A DNA stretch of 64,000 nt from an uncultured Verrucomicrobiae bacterium (lineage in GTDB: Bacteria > Verrucomicrobiota > Verrucomicrobiia > Limisphaerales > Palsa-1400). The notes below the pieces were generated by a model. It searched no databases and was not told the origin of the DNA. It worked only from the letters and a program-made list of their open reading frames with translations. Position 1 is the stretch's first letter. Each line of letters begins with the position of its first letter. Below, in pieces: positions 48,445-58,019 of the stretch. The translations under genes and the position numbers were made by a program. The stretch covers positions 512,001 through 576,000 of the forward strand of contig CAVXRD010000003.1 in NCBI GenBank assembly GCA_963764165.1, in the 5' to 3' direction.

Positions 48445-48736
48445 ATGCCGAAAGTTCACATTAAAAAAGGGGACGAAGTGGTCGTCATCAGCCGGTTCTG
48501 AAAAGGGCCAGCGAGCGAAGGTGCTGGAAGTCAAGACGAAGAAGCAGCGCGTGGTCATTGAAGGCTTGAAAATGATCAAGCGCCACACCCGCAAGAGCCA
48601 GTCGCATCCCCAGGGCGCCATCGTGGAACGCGAAGGCACCATCCATATTTCCAACGTGATGCTCGCGTCCCGCTACGACGAGCGCAGAGGCGCCACGGCC
48701 AAGCCGGCTGAAACAGCGGAGGCATCGAAAGAATGA
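48445..48736 (+). CDS. rplX: 50S ribosomal protein L24 (one +1 insertion near 48490, probable sequence error)
   Basis: HIKKGDEVVVI then G.EKG...VVIEG...E..IHISNV. Span is 292 nt (3n+1). Confidence 0.93.
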
Positions 48737-49275
48737 AACCAAGACTTTACACAAAATACGTAGAAGAAGTGGCCCCTGCCCTGCGCGAGAAGCGCAAGTA
48801 CGGGAACGTCCACCAGATTCCGCGCATCGAGAAGATCGTCGTCAACATGGGCGTCAGCGCCTCGCTCGAAAAGGGCGCGATTGAAGACGCCACGCGCGAC
48901 CTTACGGCGATCACGGGCCGCAAGCCTGTCATCAACAAGTCGCGCCACAGCATCGCGAACTTCAAGTTGCGCGAAGGCCAGAACATTGGCTGCCGCGTGA
49001 CCTTGCGCCGCGACGCGATGTACGAATTTTTTGACCGTTTGGTTGCCGCCGCGCTGCCCCGTATTCGCGACTTCCGCGGCTTGTCCCCCCGCTCTTTTGA
49101 CGGGCGAGGCAATTACACTCTCGGCGTGAATGACCAGACCATTTTCCCTGAGATCGAACTGGAAAAGATCAAGCGCACGCAAGGCATGGACATTGTCATC
49201 GTGACCAGCGCGCCGACAAATGAGGAAGCGCTGGAATTGCTCAAGATGATGGGCATGCCGTTTGCCGAGAAATAA
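48733..49275 (+). CDS. rplE: 50S ribosomal protein L5
   Basis: KIVVNMGV; LPRIRDFRG; FDGRGNY; IFPEI. Confidence 0.98.
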   Translation: MKPRLYTKYVEEVAPALREKRKYGNVHQIPRIEKIVVNMGVSASLEKGAIEDATRDLTAITGRKPVINKSRHSIANFKLREGQNIGCRVTLRRDAMYEFFDRLVAAALPRIRDFRGLSPRSFDGRGNYTLGVNDQTIFPEIELEKIKRTQGMDIVIVTSAPTNEEALELLKMMGMPFAEK

Positions 49276-49296
49276 CCGGAATTTTTTGATTTAATT

Positions 49297-49566
49297 ATGG
49301 CCAAGACATCCTGGATCGAACGCAATAAGAAAAAAGCCGCCACGGTGAAGAAGTTCGCCGCGCTGCGCGCCGAGTTGAAAGCCAAGCGCGATTACGCCGG
49401 TTTGAGCAAGCTGCCCCGCAATGCCAGCCCCACCCGCGTGGTCAACCGCTGCTCCATGTCGGGCCGCCGCCACGGTTACATCCGCAAGTTCGGCTGCTCC
49501 CGTCTGACTTTCCGCGAAGCGGCGTTGAACGGGCTGATTCCAGGCGTCACCAAAGCCAGTTGGTAA
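49297..49566 (+). CDS. rpsN: 30S ribosomal protein S14 (89-aa, non-zinc-type)
   Basis: LPRNASP.R..NRC..SGR; FRE.A..G.IPGV.KASW; lacks the CxxC pairs. Confidence 0.96.
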   Translation: MAKTSWIERNKKKAATVKKFAALRAELKAKRDYAGLSKLPRNASPTRVVNRCSMSGRRHGYIRKFGCSRLTFREAALNGLIPGVTKASW

Positions 49567-49572
49567 TATTTT

Positions 49573-49959
49573 ATGAGCGATCAGATTTCAAACATGCTGA
49601 CCAGCATCCGCAATGCGAGCCGGGCCAACCTGCCGTTTGCGACCATTCCGCACTCCAAAGTCAAGGAGAGCATTGCCCGCGTTTTGCAGCGCGAAGGCTA
49701 TGTGGCGGACGTGACTGTCGAAGGAAAGCCCTTCAAGTCGATCAAGGTCAAGCTCAAGTACACCGGGCGCAAAGGCGTCATTGAAGGCATTCGCCGCGTC
49801 AGTTCCCCCGGGTTGCGCCGTTACATTGGATCGCAGGATGTTCCCCGCGTGCTCGGCGGCCTTGGCGTCTCGATTATCTCCACTTCCGAGGGAATCATGA
49901 CCGGCACGCAAGCCCGCCAGAAAAATGTCGGCGGCGAGCTATTGTGCGAAGTCTGGTAA
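49573..49959 (+). CDS. rpsH: 30S ribosomal protein S8
   Basis: MLTSIRNA; S.PGLR.Y; GGLG..IISTS.G; GGELLC.VW. Confidence 0.98.
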   Translation: MSDQISNMLTSIRNASRANLPFATIPHSKVKESIARVLQREGYVADVTVEGKPFKSIKVKLKYTGRKGVIEGIRRVSSPGLRRYIGSQDVPRVLGGLGVSIISTSEGIMTGTQARQKNVGGELLCEVW

Positions 49960-49993
49960 GATGGCAAATTAGGAAGCTTTAATTTTAAGTTTT

Positions 49994-50530
49994 ATGTCGC
50001 GTATTGGAAAACAACCGGTGGCCGTGCCGCCGAAGGTCAAAGTCGAGATCAAAGGCCGGAAGGTCTTTGTGGAAGGCCCGAAAGGCAAGCTCGACCATGA
50101 ACTTCCGGCCCGCACTTCGATCAAGCTCGAAAATGGAAATTTGGTCGTCAGCCGTGATGGCGATGACGCCCAAGCCAAGGCATTGCACGGCTTGAGCCGC
50201 GCCCTGATCAACAACATGGTCAAGGGCGTCAGCGATGGCTTCGTCAAGAAGCTTGAGATTCAAGGCGTCGGCTTCAAGGCCGCCGTCGTCAGCGGCACTG
50301 TGAATTTGTCCCTCGGCTATTCGCACCCGTTGAATTATCCAATTCCGGCCCAGATCAAAGTGACCGTTGAGGAAAACACCAAGCTGACCATTGAAGGGCC
50401 CAGCAAACAGTTGGTGGGCCAGGTCGCCGCGGAAATCCGCAGTTATTATCCGCCTGAACCTTATAAAGGCAAAGGTGTCAGATACTCGGATGAGAAAGTC
50501 GAGCGCAAGGAAGGCAAAACGGTGCAATAA
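49994..50530 (+). CDS. rplF: 50S ribosomal protein L6
   Basis: MSRIGK; LGYSHP; PEPYKGKGVRY. Confidence 0.98.
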   Translation: MSRIGKQPVAVPPKVKVEIKGRKVFVEGPKGKLDHELPARTSIKLENGNLVVSRDGDDAQAKALHGLSRALINNMVKGVSDGFVKKLEIQGVGFKAAVVSGTVNLSLGYSHPLNYPIPAQIKVTVEENTKLTIEGPSKQLVGQVAAEIRSYYPPEPYKGKGVRYSDEKVERKEGKTVQ

Positions 50531-50532
50531 GC

Positions 50533-50898
50533 ATGAGAACCGACAAGAAAGAACGTCTCGCGACGCTGCGCCACTGGCGCATTCGCAAAAAAGTTTCTGG
50601 CACGAAGGAACGTCCCCGCATGGCCGTTCGCTTCTCCAATCAGCATATCATGGTGCAGTTCATCGACGACGTGGCCCGCGTGACGCTGGCTTCCGCCTCG
50701 TCGGTGGGCAAGAAAGCCCAGGCCGAGGCGAAAGTCTCCGCCAATGTGGCTGGCGCCAAGAAAATTGGAGTCTTGGCCGCCGAAGCGGCCAAGAGCGCGG
50801 GCATCAAGGCTGTGGTCTTCGACCGCAGCGCCGCCCGTTATCACGGCAAGGTCAAAGCGCTGGCCGATGCCGCGCGCGAAGCCGGTTTGCAATTTTAA
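50533..50898 (+). CDS. rplR: 50S ribosomal protein L18
   Basis: GT.ERPR; VVFDR...YHGKVKALADAARE.GL.F. Confidence 0.97.
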   Translation: MRTDKKERLATLRHWRIRKKVSGTKERPRMAVRFSNQHIMVQFIDDVARVTLASASSVGKKAQAEAKVSANVAGAKKIGVLAAEAAKSAGIKAVVFDRSAARYHGKVKALADAAREAGLQF

Positions 50899-50915
50899 CT
50901 TGAAGGAAGATTACT

Positions 50916-51650
50916 GTGGCTGAAGCACCAAAACAAAATTTCACCGGCAATCAAAGAGGCGGCGGCCCCGGCCGTGGCGGTCCCGGTCGCGGCGGTCCCC
51001 GCCGTGCCCGTCCAGGCTCATCCGAAGGCGGCGGCGATGGCGGCGGCGAAGGCGGCGGTTCAGAGCTGAGCGAGAAGGTTGTATTCATCAACCGTTCCGC
51101 GAAGGTCGTCAAAGGCGGTCGCCGTTTCAGTTTCAGCGCCCTCGTGGTGGCCGGCGACAAGCATGGCCGCATCGGTTTGGGCCTCGGCAAAGCGGTCGAA
51201 GTTTCCGAAGCCATCCGCAAAGGCGGGGAAATGGCCAAGCAGCACATGATTTCGGTGTCACTGAAGGAAGCCACCATTCCGCACGCGGTTTACAGCACTT
51301 ACGGCGGGGCGAAAGTCCTGCTGCGCCCCGCTTCTCCCGGAACCGGCATTATCGCGGGCCCTAAAGTTCGCGCCGTTCTGGAAGCCGCTGGCATCAAAGA
51401 TATTTTGAGCAAATCGCTCGGTTCGAACAATCCGTCCAATGTTGTCAAAGCGACGATTGAAGGCCTCCTGCAACTGCGCACTCATGAAGATATTTATCGG
51501 GGCCGCGGTCTGGCGATCAAACCTCGCAAGACGGCGGTTGTTGCGGCTCCTGTGGCGGCGTCCCCTGCCCCAGCACCCGCGCCCGCTCCAACTCCGGCCC
51601 CTGCGGTGGAACCTTCCGCACCAGCGGCACCTTCAGCTCCTACAGCCTGA
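50916..51650 (+). CDS. rpsE: 30S ribosomal protein S5 with Gly/Arg-rich N-terminal and Pro/Ala-rich C-terminal extensions
   Basis: [37 protein letters not shown]. Confidence 0.97.
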   Translation: MAEAPKQNFTGNQRGGGPGRGGPGRGGPRRARPGSSEGGGDGGGEGGGSELSEKVVFINRSAKVVKGGRRFSFSALVVAGDKHGRIGLGLGKAVEVSEAIRKGGEMAKQHMISVSLKEATIPHAVYSTYGGAKVLLRPASPGTGIIAGPKVRAVLEAAGIKDILSKSLGSNNPSNVVKATIEGLLQLRTHEDIYRGRGLAIKPRKTAVVAAPVAASPAPAPAPAPTPAPAVEPSAPAAPSAPTA

Positions 51651-51655
51651 TTTTT

Positions 51656-52165
51656 ATGCGCTTACACGATCTTAAACCACGCCCCGGCGCCAAGCATCGC
51701 CGCAAACGCCTCGGCCAGGGTGAATCCAGCGGCCACGGCAAAACCAGCGGTCGCGGCGGCAAAGGCCAGACAGCCCGTTCCGGCAGTTCCATTCGCATTG
51801 GATTTGAAGGCGGGCAGATGCCGTTGATTCGCCGTATTCCCAAGCGCGGATTTAACAACGCCAATTTCGCCACTCGCTATGTCCCGATCAATCTTAAGTC
51901 GTTGAGCCAATTCAAAGAAGGCGCGACCGTGGATGAAGCGGCGCTGCGCGAAGCGGGTTTGGCTAATGGCCCCGTGAAACTGGTCAAAATCCTCGGCACC
52001 GGCGAACTGTCCCTCAAGCTAACGGTGAAGGCCCATGCTTTCAGCGCTTCAGCCAAGAGCGCGATTGAAAAAGCGGGGGGCACATGCGAATTGATCCCCA
52101 TCAAGAGGCCGGTCACGCCTGAGAGCGAAGGAGCAGTCAAACCAGCCAAAACGCAAGCCAAGTAA
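51656..52165 (+). CDS. rplO: 50S ribosomal protein L15
   Basis: GKTSGRG.KGQ.ARSG; GFEGGQMPL.RR.PKRGF. Confidence 0.98.
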   Translation: MRLHDLKPRPGAKHRRKRLGQGESSGHGKTSGRGGKGQTARSGSSIRIGFEGGQMPLIRRIPKRGFNNANFATRYVPINLKSLSQFKEGATVDEAALREAGLANGPVKLVKILGTGELSLKLTVKAHAFSASAKSAIEKAGGTCELIPIKRPVTPESEGAVKPAKTQAK

Positions 52166-52176
52166 GACTTTCCTAG

Positions 52177-53562
52177 ATGTTCACGTCCATCATCAACACC
52201 CTCAATAACTGCTTCAAAATACCGGAGCTGAAGTCGCGAATCCTCTTCACCATCGTGGTGTTGGCGATTTGCCGCATCACGTCGATTATTCCGGTCCCGG
52301 GGCTGGATGGATCGGCGCTGGCGCAGTATCTGGACGAAACCGCCAACAAAAGTGGCGGTGGCGGCCTGCTTGGCATGTACACCATGTTCACGGGAGGCGG
52401 CTTTGAGCATTGCGCCATCGGCGCGCTGGGCATCATGCCCTACATCAGTTCCACGATTATCCTGCAATTGGTCGGCGCGATCATCCCCTACTTGAGCAAG
52501 CTGGCTCGCGAAGAAGGCGGACGCACAAAGCTGATCCAATACGGTCGCGTGCTGACGTTGTTTCTTTGCCTCGGCCAGGGATTCGTGATGGCGCTGGGTT
52601 GGGAGCACGCGGGTGGCATTTTCCCCGGTTTCACCAAAGACGTTGTCCTGTTGCACCCGCTCTGGTGGTATCGAATTCAGACGACGTTCATTCTGACCAC
52701 TGGCACCATGCTTTTGATGTGGCTGGGTGAACAAATTACCGACCGCGGCATCGGCAACGGCATTTCCCTCATCATCACGATCAACATCCTGGCCCGCCTG
52801 CCTCAGGCTGGACAAGGTTTGTGGGATATGTTCGGTGCAACGACCCAAACCGGCGATCATCGTTACAATTTGTTCCATTTCGCAGCGCTTATCTTGCTGC
52901 TTTGCGCGGTTGTCGCAGGAGTGGTGGCGGTGACACAGGCGGAGCGAAAGATTCCGGTTCAATACGCCCAGCGGGCCGTTGGCCGCAAGGTTTTCTCGGG
53001 TGGAAGCTCGTTCATGCCATTGCGTGTGAATTATTCGGGTGTCATGCCCGTCATCTTTGCCTCGGCCATCTTGATGGTTCCGACGATGATCTTGAATTTC
53101 CTTGGCCGCACCTACGGGGTTCATGTCTTTGACGAATTGGCGGCTCAATTGGCCCGCGGTTCCCTGCTCTACATCGTGCTTTACGCGCTGATGATTCTGT
53201 TCTTCTCCTATTTCTGGGTCGCCACGCAGTTCAATGAATTGCAGATCTCGGATGATATGAAGAAATCCGGCGGCTATATTCCGGGCGTTCGTCCCGGGCA
53301 GGCCACCAGCAACTTCCTCCATCGTGTGATGAGCCGCATCACCCTGGCCGGCGCGCTATTTTTGACGATTATCGCCGTCATTCCGATTATTCTGGGCAAC
53401 GCCATGCAGGTGCCGAGTCAAGTCGCGCAGTTTTTTGGCGGCACAAGTTTGTTGATCATGGTCGGTGTCATGCTGGACACCATGCGGCAAATGGAATCCC
53501 ATCTGCTTATGCGCCATTACGACGGGTTTTTGAAGAAAGGCCGGATTAAAGGCCGGTTCTAA
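52177..53562 (+). CDS. secY: Preprotein translocase SecY
   Basis: ALGIMPYI; WLGEQIT.RGIGNGIS; IPVQY; IPGVRPG; GGTSLLI.VGV. Confidence 0.98.
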   Translation: MFTSIINTLNNCFKIPELKSRILFTIVVLAICRITSIIPVPGLDGSALAQYLDETANKSGGGGLLGMYTMFTGGGFEHCAIGALGIMPYISSTIILQLVGAIIPYLSKLAREEGGRTKLIQYGRVLTLFLCLGQGFVMALGWEHAGGIFPGFTKDVVLLHPLWWYRIQTTFILTTGTMLLMWLGEQITDRGIGNGISLIITINILARLPQAGQGLWDMFGATTQTGDHRYNLFHFAALILLLCAVVAGVVAVTQAERKIPVQYAQRAVGRKVFSGGSSFMPLRVNYSGVMPVIFASAILMVPTMILNFLGRTYGVHVFDELAAQLARGSLLYIVLYALMILFFSYFWVATQFNELQISDDMKKSGGYIPGVRPGQATSNFLHRVMSRITLAGALFLTIIAVIPIILGNAMQVPSQVAQFFGGTSLLIMVGVMLDTMRQMESHLLMRHYDGFLKKGRIKGRF

Positions 53563-53593
53563 TCCTGGCGCTTCGGCGTCCGGACATCCCCTC

Positions 53594-54385
53594 GTGGCTG
53601 GAAAAATGATCATCTTGAAAACCGAGCGCGACTTGGAGTCGATGCGTCCCGCGTGCGAAGTGGCGGGAACGGTGCTCGAAGAAGTAGGCGCTTTTGTGCG
53701 CCCGGGGATCACGACGAAGGAATTGGACGATTTTGCGGCCGAGCGGATGCGCATCCACGGATGCAAAAGCGCGTTTTTGGGCTATCGTAAGTTTCCGAGG
53801 CAGATTTGCATCTCGGTGAACGAAGAAGTGGTGCATGGAATGGGCGGCGCACGCCGTTTGGAATTTGGGGACATCGTCAGCCTGGACGTGGGCGTCGTTT
53901 ACCACGGTTACATCGGGGATACGGCCAAAACGGTGGCCGTCGGCGGCTGCGATGTGAAGGCCCAGCGGTTGATGGATGTGACGGAGCAGTCACTCTACGA
54001 GGGCATTGCGCAGGCGATTCCCGGCAACCGTGTGGTTGACATTTCGCGCGCGGTGCAGAAGTATGTCGAGTCCAACGGTTACAGCATTGTGCGGGAGTTC
54101 GTTGGCCATGGCGTGGGCAAAACGGTGCATGAAGAGCCCCAGGTGCCCAATTTCGTGGAGTCGGATCGGCAATCGCCGAAGCTGCGTCCCGGGATGACGC
54201 TGGCCATCGAACCGATGGTCAATGCGGGGACGCCGCAAGTGGCAGTTTTGAAAGATGGCTGGACAGTGGTGACGAAAGATGGTCAACTCTCCGCCCATTT
54301 TGAACATACGGTGTTAATCACCGAGGGTGAACCGGAAATTTTAACATGGCCCGCAAAGACGCCATCGAGGCTGAAGGCAGAATAG
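53594..54385 (+). CDS. map: Type I methionine aminopeptidase
   Basis: CISVNEEVVHG; GDTA; GHGVG..HEEP; AIEPM; SAHFEHT. Confidence 0.96.
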   Translation: MAGKMIILKTERDLESMRPACEVAGTVLEEVGAFVRPGITTKELDDFAAERMRIHGCKSAFLGYRKFPRQICISVNEEVVHGMGGARRLEFGDIVSLDVGVVYHGYIGDTAKTVAVGGCDVKAQRLMDVTEQSLYEGIAQAIPGNRVVDISRAVQKYVESNGYSIVREFVGHGVGKTVHEEPQVPNFVESDRQSPKLRPGMTLAIEPMVNAGTPQVAVLKDGWTVVTKDGQLSAHFEHTVLITEGEPEILTWPAKTPSRLKAE

Positions 54386-54564
54386 TGGAAATTCTTGCCG
54401 CAACTTTGTATCGCGTCGAACTGGCCAACGGGCACAGGCTGCTCGCCCATGTTTCGGGCAAGCGCCGCCTGGCCTTTGAGCGGATGACATTGGGAGACAC
54501 GGTGAAGGTGGAAATGTCCCCTTACGATTTGTCGAAGGGCAGCATTATTTCGGAACGCGAGTGA
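54346..54564 (+). CDS. infA: Translation initiation factor IF-1 (divergent)
   Basis: [24 protein letters not shown]; position between map and rpmJ. Confidence 0.85.
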   Translation: MARKDAIEAEGRIVEILAATLYRVELANGHRLLAHVSGKRRLAFERMTLGDTVKVEMSPYDLSKGSIISERE

Positions 54565-54569
54565 ACTTT

Positions 54570-54683
54570 ATGAAAGTGAGAGCATCAGTTAAAAAGCTTT
54601 GCGAGAATTGCAAAGTCGTCAAGCGCAAGGGCATCATTCGAGTGATTTGCTCGAATCGCCGCCACAAACAGAAACAAGGCTAA
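54570..54683 (+). CDS. rpmJ: 50S ribosomal protein L36 (not in the ORF track)
   Basis: Manual translation gives [37 protein letters not shown]. Confidence 0.97.
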   Translation: MKVRASVKKLCENCKVVKRKGIIRVICSNRRHKQKQG

Positions 54684-54692
54684 GAAGAATTT

Positions 54693-55088
54693 ATGGCTCG
54701 AATTATCGGTGTTGAAATCCCGGGCGAGAAGCGAATCGATATCGCTCTGCGCTATATTTACGGCATTGGCCCCACCAATGCCAAAGTGATCCTGGCCAAG
54801 GCCCAGATTGATCCGGCGATCCGCGCCAAGGATCTGAGCGAAGCGCAGATGTCGCAGATCGTTCACGCCATCCAGGACGGGAAGTATGTGATCGAAGGCG
54901 ATCTTCGCCGCGAACTCGGTTTGAACTTGAAGCGCCTGCAAGGCATCAAGTGCTACCGCGGCGTCCGCCATTTGCGCGGCCTGCCCGTCCGCGGCCAGCG
55001 CACCTCCACCAACGCCCGCACACGCAAAGGACCGCGCAAGACAGTCGGCGTGCAGCGCAATCCCAACGCCAAGACAGGCATTCACTAA
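54693..55088 (+). CDS. rpsM: 30S ribosomal protein S13
   Basis: [34 protein letters not shown]. Confidence 0.98.
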   Translation: MARIIGVEIPGEKRIDIALRYIYGIGPTNAKVILAKAQIDPAIRAKDLSEAQMSQIVHAIQDGKYVIEGDLRRELGLNLKRLQGIKCYRGVRHLRGLPVRGQRTSTNARTRKGPRKTVGVQRNPNAKTGIH

Positions 55089-55097
55089 TTTTCGTTT

Positions 55098-55706
55098 ATG
55101 GCTGAAGAACCAAAAGCAAAGAAGCCCGCCCCGAAGAAAGAGGGAAAACCCGAAAACGCCGACGCAGCGAAAAAACCCGCTGCCGCTGGCGCCGCTGAAG
55201 GCGCAGCGCCTGCCGCTGAGGGCAAGAAACCCGCTCCGGCCGAAGGTGGAGCGCCTGCCGCCCCTTCCCCGGTCGCCGCCGCAGCCGCTCCGACAGCCGC
55301 TGAATTGCTGGCTGACGACGCGAACGCCAAGAAGATCATCAAGGCCAAGGGTTCAAAGAACATCTCGGTCGGCGTCGCCCATATTCTCGCGACTTTCAAC
55401 AACACGAACGTCACCATCACCGATATGCAGGGCAATGTGCTCGGCTGGTCGAGCGCTGGCCGCGTTAATTTCAAGGGATCCCGCAAGAGCACCGCGTTCG
55501 CCGCGCAGCAGGTCGCCCAAGATGCTGCCCGCCAGGCGATGTCGCACGGCATGCGCGAAGTGGAAGTTCACGTGAACGGTCCGGGATCGGGCCGCGAATC
55601 CGCCATTCGCGCCTTGCAGGCGATTGGCTTGGAAATCTCGACGATCAAGGATGTCACGCCCATTCCGCACAACGGCTGCCGCCCGCGCAAAAAACGCCGC
55701 GTGTAA
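55098..55706 (+). CDS. rpsK: 30S ribosomal protein S11 with long Ala/Pro/Lys-rich N-terminal extension
   Basis: [37 protein letters not shown]. Confidence 0.97.
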   Translation: MAEEPKAKKPAPKKEGKPENADAAKKPAAAGAAEGAAPAAEGKKPAPAEGGAPAAPSPVAAAAAPTAAELLADDANAKKIIKAKGSKNISVGVAHILATFNNTNVTITDMQGNVLGWSSAGRVNFKGSRKSTAFAAQQVAQDAARQAMSHGMREVEVHVNGPGSGRESAIRALQAIGLEISTIKDVTPIPHNGCRPRKKRRV

Positions 55707-55728
55707 TCATCAACCGACTTTAACTTAT

Positions 55729-56337
55729 ATGGCTCGTTATACAGGACCTCGCACTCGCATCAGCCGCCGCTTCGGCATACCGCTGTTTGGCCCGGACAAA
55801 TATCTGGAACGCCGCAATTACGGCCCCGGTGTCCACGGCCCCAAGTCCCGCCGCAAGCACACCGATTACGGTTTGGGCCTGCTCGAAAAGCAGAAGCTCC
55901 GCTATTTCTACGGCTTGATGGAACGCCAGTTCCGCGGCGTGTATGAGCGCGCCCTGCGCCGCCGCGGCGTCACCGGCGAGCAGATGCTCCAGATTTTGGA
56001 AACTCGTTTGGATAACGTTGTTTACCACCTCGGTTTCGCCATCACCCGCGCTGCGGCGCGCCAGATGGTCAGCCACGGCCACGTCAAGGTGAACGGCCGC
56101 AAGGTCAACGTCCCCTCCTACGCTTTAAAAGTGAATGACGTGATCGAAGTTCGCGAAACGAATGTTTCCCGCCAATTGGCGACCAAGAACCTCGAGTTGT
56201 CCACCAGCAAAGTCGTTCCGGATTGGCTGATGCTGACCAAGGATGCCTTCAAAGGCACGGTGATGCGAATTCCGACCCGCGCCGAAATCCAGCCGATCGC
56301 CAATGAGCAGGCTGTCGTCGAATTTTATTCCCGCTAA
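55729..56337 (+). CDS. rpsD: 30S ribosomal protein S4
   Basis: MARYTGP; EKQK.R..YG; LETRLDNVV; ARQ.V.HGH; VEFYSR. Confidence 0.98.
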   Translation: MARYTGPRTRISRRFGIPLFGPDKYLERRNYGPGVHGPKSRRKHTDYGLGLLEKQKLRYFYGLMERQFRGVYERALRRRGVTGEQMLQILETRLDNVVYHLGFAITRAAARQMVSHGHVKVNGRKVNVPSYALKVNDVIEVRETNVSRQLATKNLELSTSKVVPDWLMLTKDAFKGTVMRIPTRAEIQPIANEQAVVEFYSR

Positions 56338-56438
56338 TCCAGTAAACCGTCCCGTTTCGACGGGACAAAACAATTACATGGGCAGCTTCGTCGGCGGGAA
56401 CGGCGAGCGTGCCAGATTAAAATTGTTGAAAGGAAAAT

Positions 56439-57452
56439 ATGCCGATTCGTTTAGGTCGTTTTGAAATGCCAAAACGGTTGACCAAAGAGGATTCAACCGC
56501 AACAGAAACTTATGCCAAATTCGTGGCGGAGCCATTTGAAACCGGTTACGGACACACCATTGGCAACTCGCTCCGCCGTGTCCTGCTCTCTTCCCTCGAA
56601 GGCGCGGCCATTTCGTCCATCAAGGTGGACGGCGCTGTTCATGAATTTGCCACCATCGATGGTGTTGTCGAAGACATGACGGAAATCGTGTTGAACCTGA
56701 AGAAGATTCTCTTCCGCGCGCAGGCTCGCGATACACAGACTTTGCTCTTGTCGGTCAACAAGGAAGGCCAGGTTTTGGCCGGCGATATCGAATTGGTTCA
56801 GAACCTCGAGATCGTGAATCCGAAGCAGCTGATTTGCACGCTCGACAAGAAGAAGAAATTCGAGATGGAGCTGGAAGTCAAAGTCGGCCGCGGCTTCTGC
56901 CCCGGCGATGAAAACAAGAAGCCCGACCAAGCCATTGGCGTCGTTGCCATCGACTCCCTGTTCTCGCCGGTGACCCGCGTTAAGTATTCGGTGGAAAACG
57001 CCCGTGTCGGCCAGCGCACGGACTATGACCGCCTCTTGATCGAGATCTGGACCGACGGACGGCTCACCCCGGACGACGCACTGACCCAGGCTTCCGCCAT
57101 TTTGCAGCATCACCTCGATGTCTTCGTCGGCTACGACAAGAACGCGGTGGAATTCGAAGAGACCGAGGCCAAGCAGGACGACGAGAAGGCCAAGATGAAG
57201 AAGCTGCTCAATATGAGCGTCAACGAAATCGAATTGAGCGTCCGCGCGGCCAACTGCTTAAACAACGCGAACATCACCACCGTCGGCCAATTGGCCATGA
57301 AGACGGAAGCGGAGATGCTCAAGTATCGCAACTTCGGAAAGAAGTCCCTGAATGAAATCAAGGACAAGCTTTCCAGCCTTGGGTTGTCCCTCGGCATGAA
57401 CATTGATGCCGCCCTTCTGGAAGCTCCGAAGGACGAAAACAAGATCGAATAA
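56439..57452 (+). CDS. rpoA: RNA polymerase alpha subunit
   Basis: EPFE.GYG.T.GN.LRRVLLSS; LSVRAANCL; NFGKKSL.EI. Confidence 0.98.
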   Translation: MPIRLGRFEMPKRLTKEDSTATETYAKFVAEPFETGYGHTIGNSLRRVLLSSLEGAAISSIKVDGAVHEFATIDGVVEDMTEIVLNLKKILFRAQARDTQTLLLSVNKEGQVLAGDIELVQNLEIVNPKQLICTLDKKKKFEMELEVKVGRGFCPGDENKKPDQAIGVVAIDSLFSPVTRVKYSVENARVGQRTDYDRLLIEIWTDGRLTPDDALTQASAILQHHLDVFVGYDKNAVEFEETEAKQDDEKAKMKKLLNMSVNEIELSVRAANCLNNANITTVGQLAMKTEAEMLKYRNFGKKSLNEIKDKLSSLGLSLGMNIDAALLEAPKDENKIE

Positions 57453-57463
57453 GGATTTAATTT

Positions 57464-57931
57464 ATGCGCCACCTGAAACGCACGGCCAAACTCGGCCGCA
57501 CAGGACAGCATCGCAACCGCATGCTGGCCAGCTTGGTTTGCAGCCTGATCAAACATCGCCGCGTCAAGACGACCTTGGCCAAGGCCAAAGCCGCTCGCTC
57601 CGTCGCGGAAAAAATGATCACGCTCGGCAAAGCCGGCACGTTGCATGACCGCCGCCTCGCTTCCGCCCGCCTGCACCAGGACGAAGACGCGGTGAAGATT
57701 CTTTTCAACGACATCGCGCCCACCCAAAAGGAACGCCGCGGCGGTTACACTCGCATCGTTCGCCTGGGCCAGCGCCAGGGCGACGCCGCTCAAACGGTGA
57801 TCCTTGAGTTTGTCGACGTCCCTGTCCCGGAAGCTCCGGCTGAACCTGCCAAGACTGGCACGTCCGAGTCCAAAGAGCCCGAGAAGGCGGAAGACAAGAA
57901 GGAAGAGAAAACCGCAGCCGCCACGGCTTAA
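57464..57931 (+). CDS. rplQ: 50S ribosomal protein L17 with C-terminal extension
   Basis: MRH....KLGR; TTLAKAK; R.GGYTRI; R.GDAA. Confidence 0.98.
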   Translation: MRHLKRTAKLGRTGQHRNRMLASLVCSLIKHRRVKTTLAKAKAARSVAEKMITLGKAGTLHDRRLASARLHQDEDAVKILFNDIAPTQKERRGGYTRIVRLGQRQGDAAQTVILEFVDVPVPEAPAEPAKTGTSESKEPEKAEDKKEEKTAAATA

Positions 57932-58019
57932 TTTTTTCCGCAGTATTTGCTGGCATCCGGTTCTTTGGAACCGGATAGCCATGGGCGGCAGAGAGCGAAA
58001 CGCAATCCAAAGCAACGCC

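Noticed and set aside
51650..53594. Absence of rpmD (between rpsE and rplO) and adk (after secY)
   Set aside because: Loss or relocation of these genes is common in many lineages and is not distinctive.
56349..56366. Hairpin GTCCCGT-TTCG-ACGGGAC between rpsD and rpoA as a terminator
   Set aside because: It is followed by an A-tract rather than a U-tract on the coding strand. It is more likely a stability or processing hairpin, and the evidence is too thin to call.
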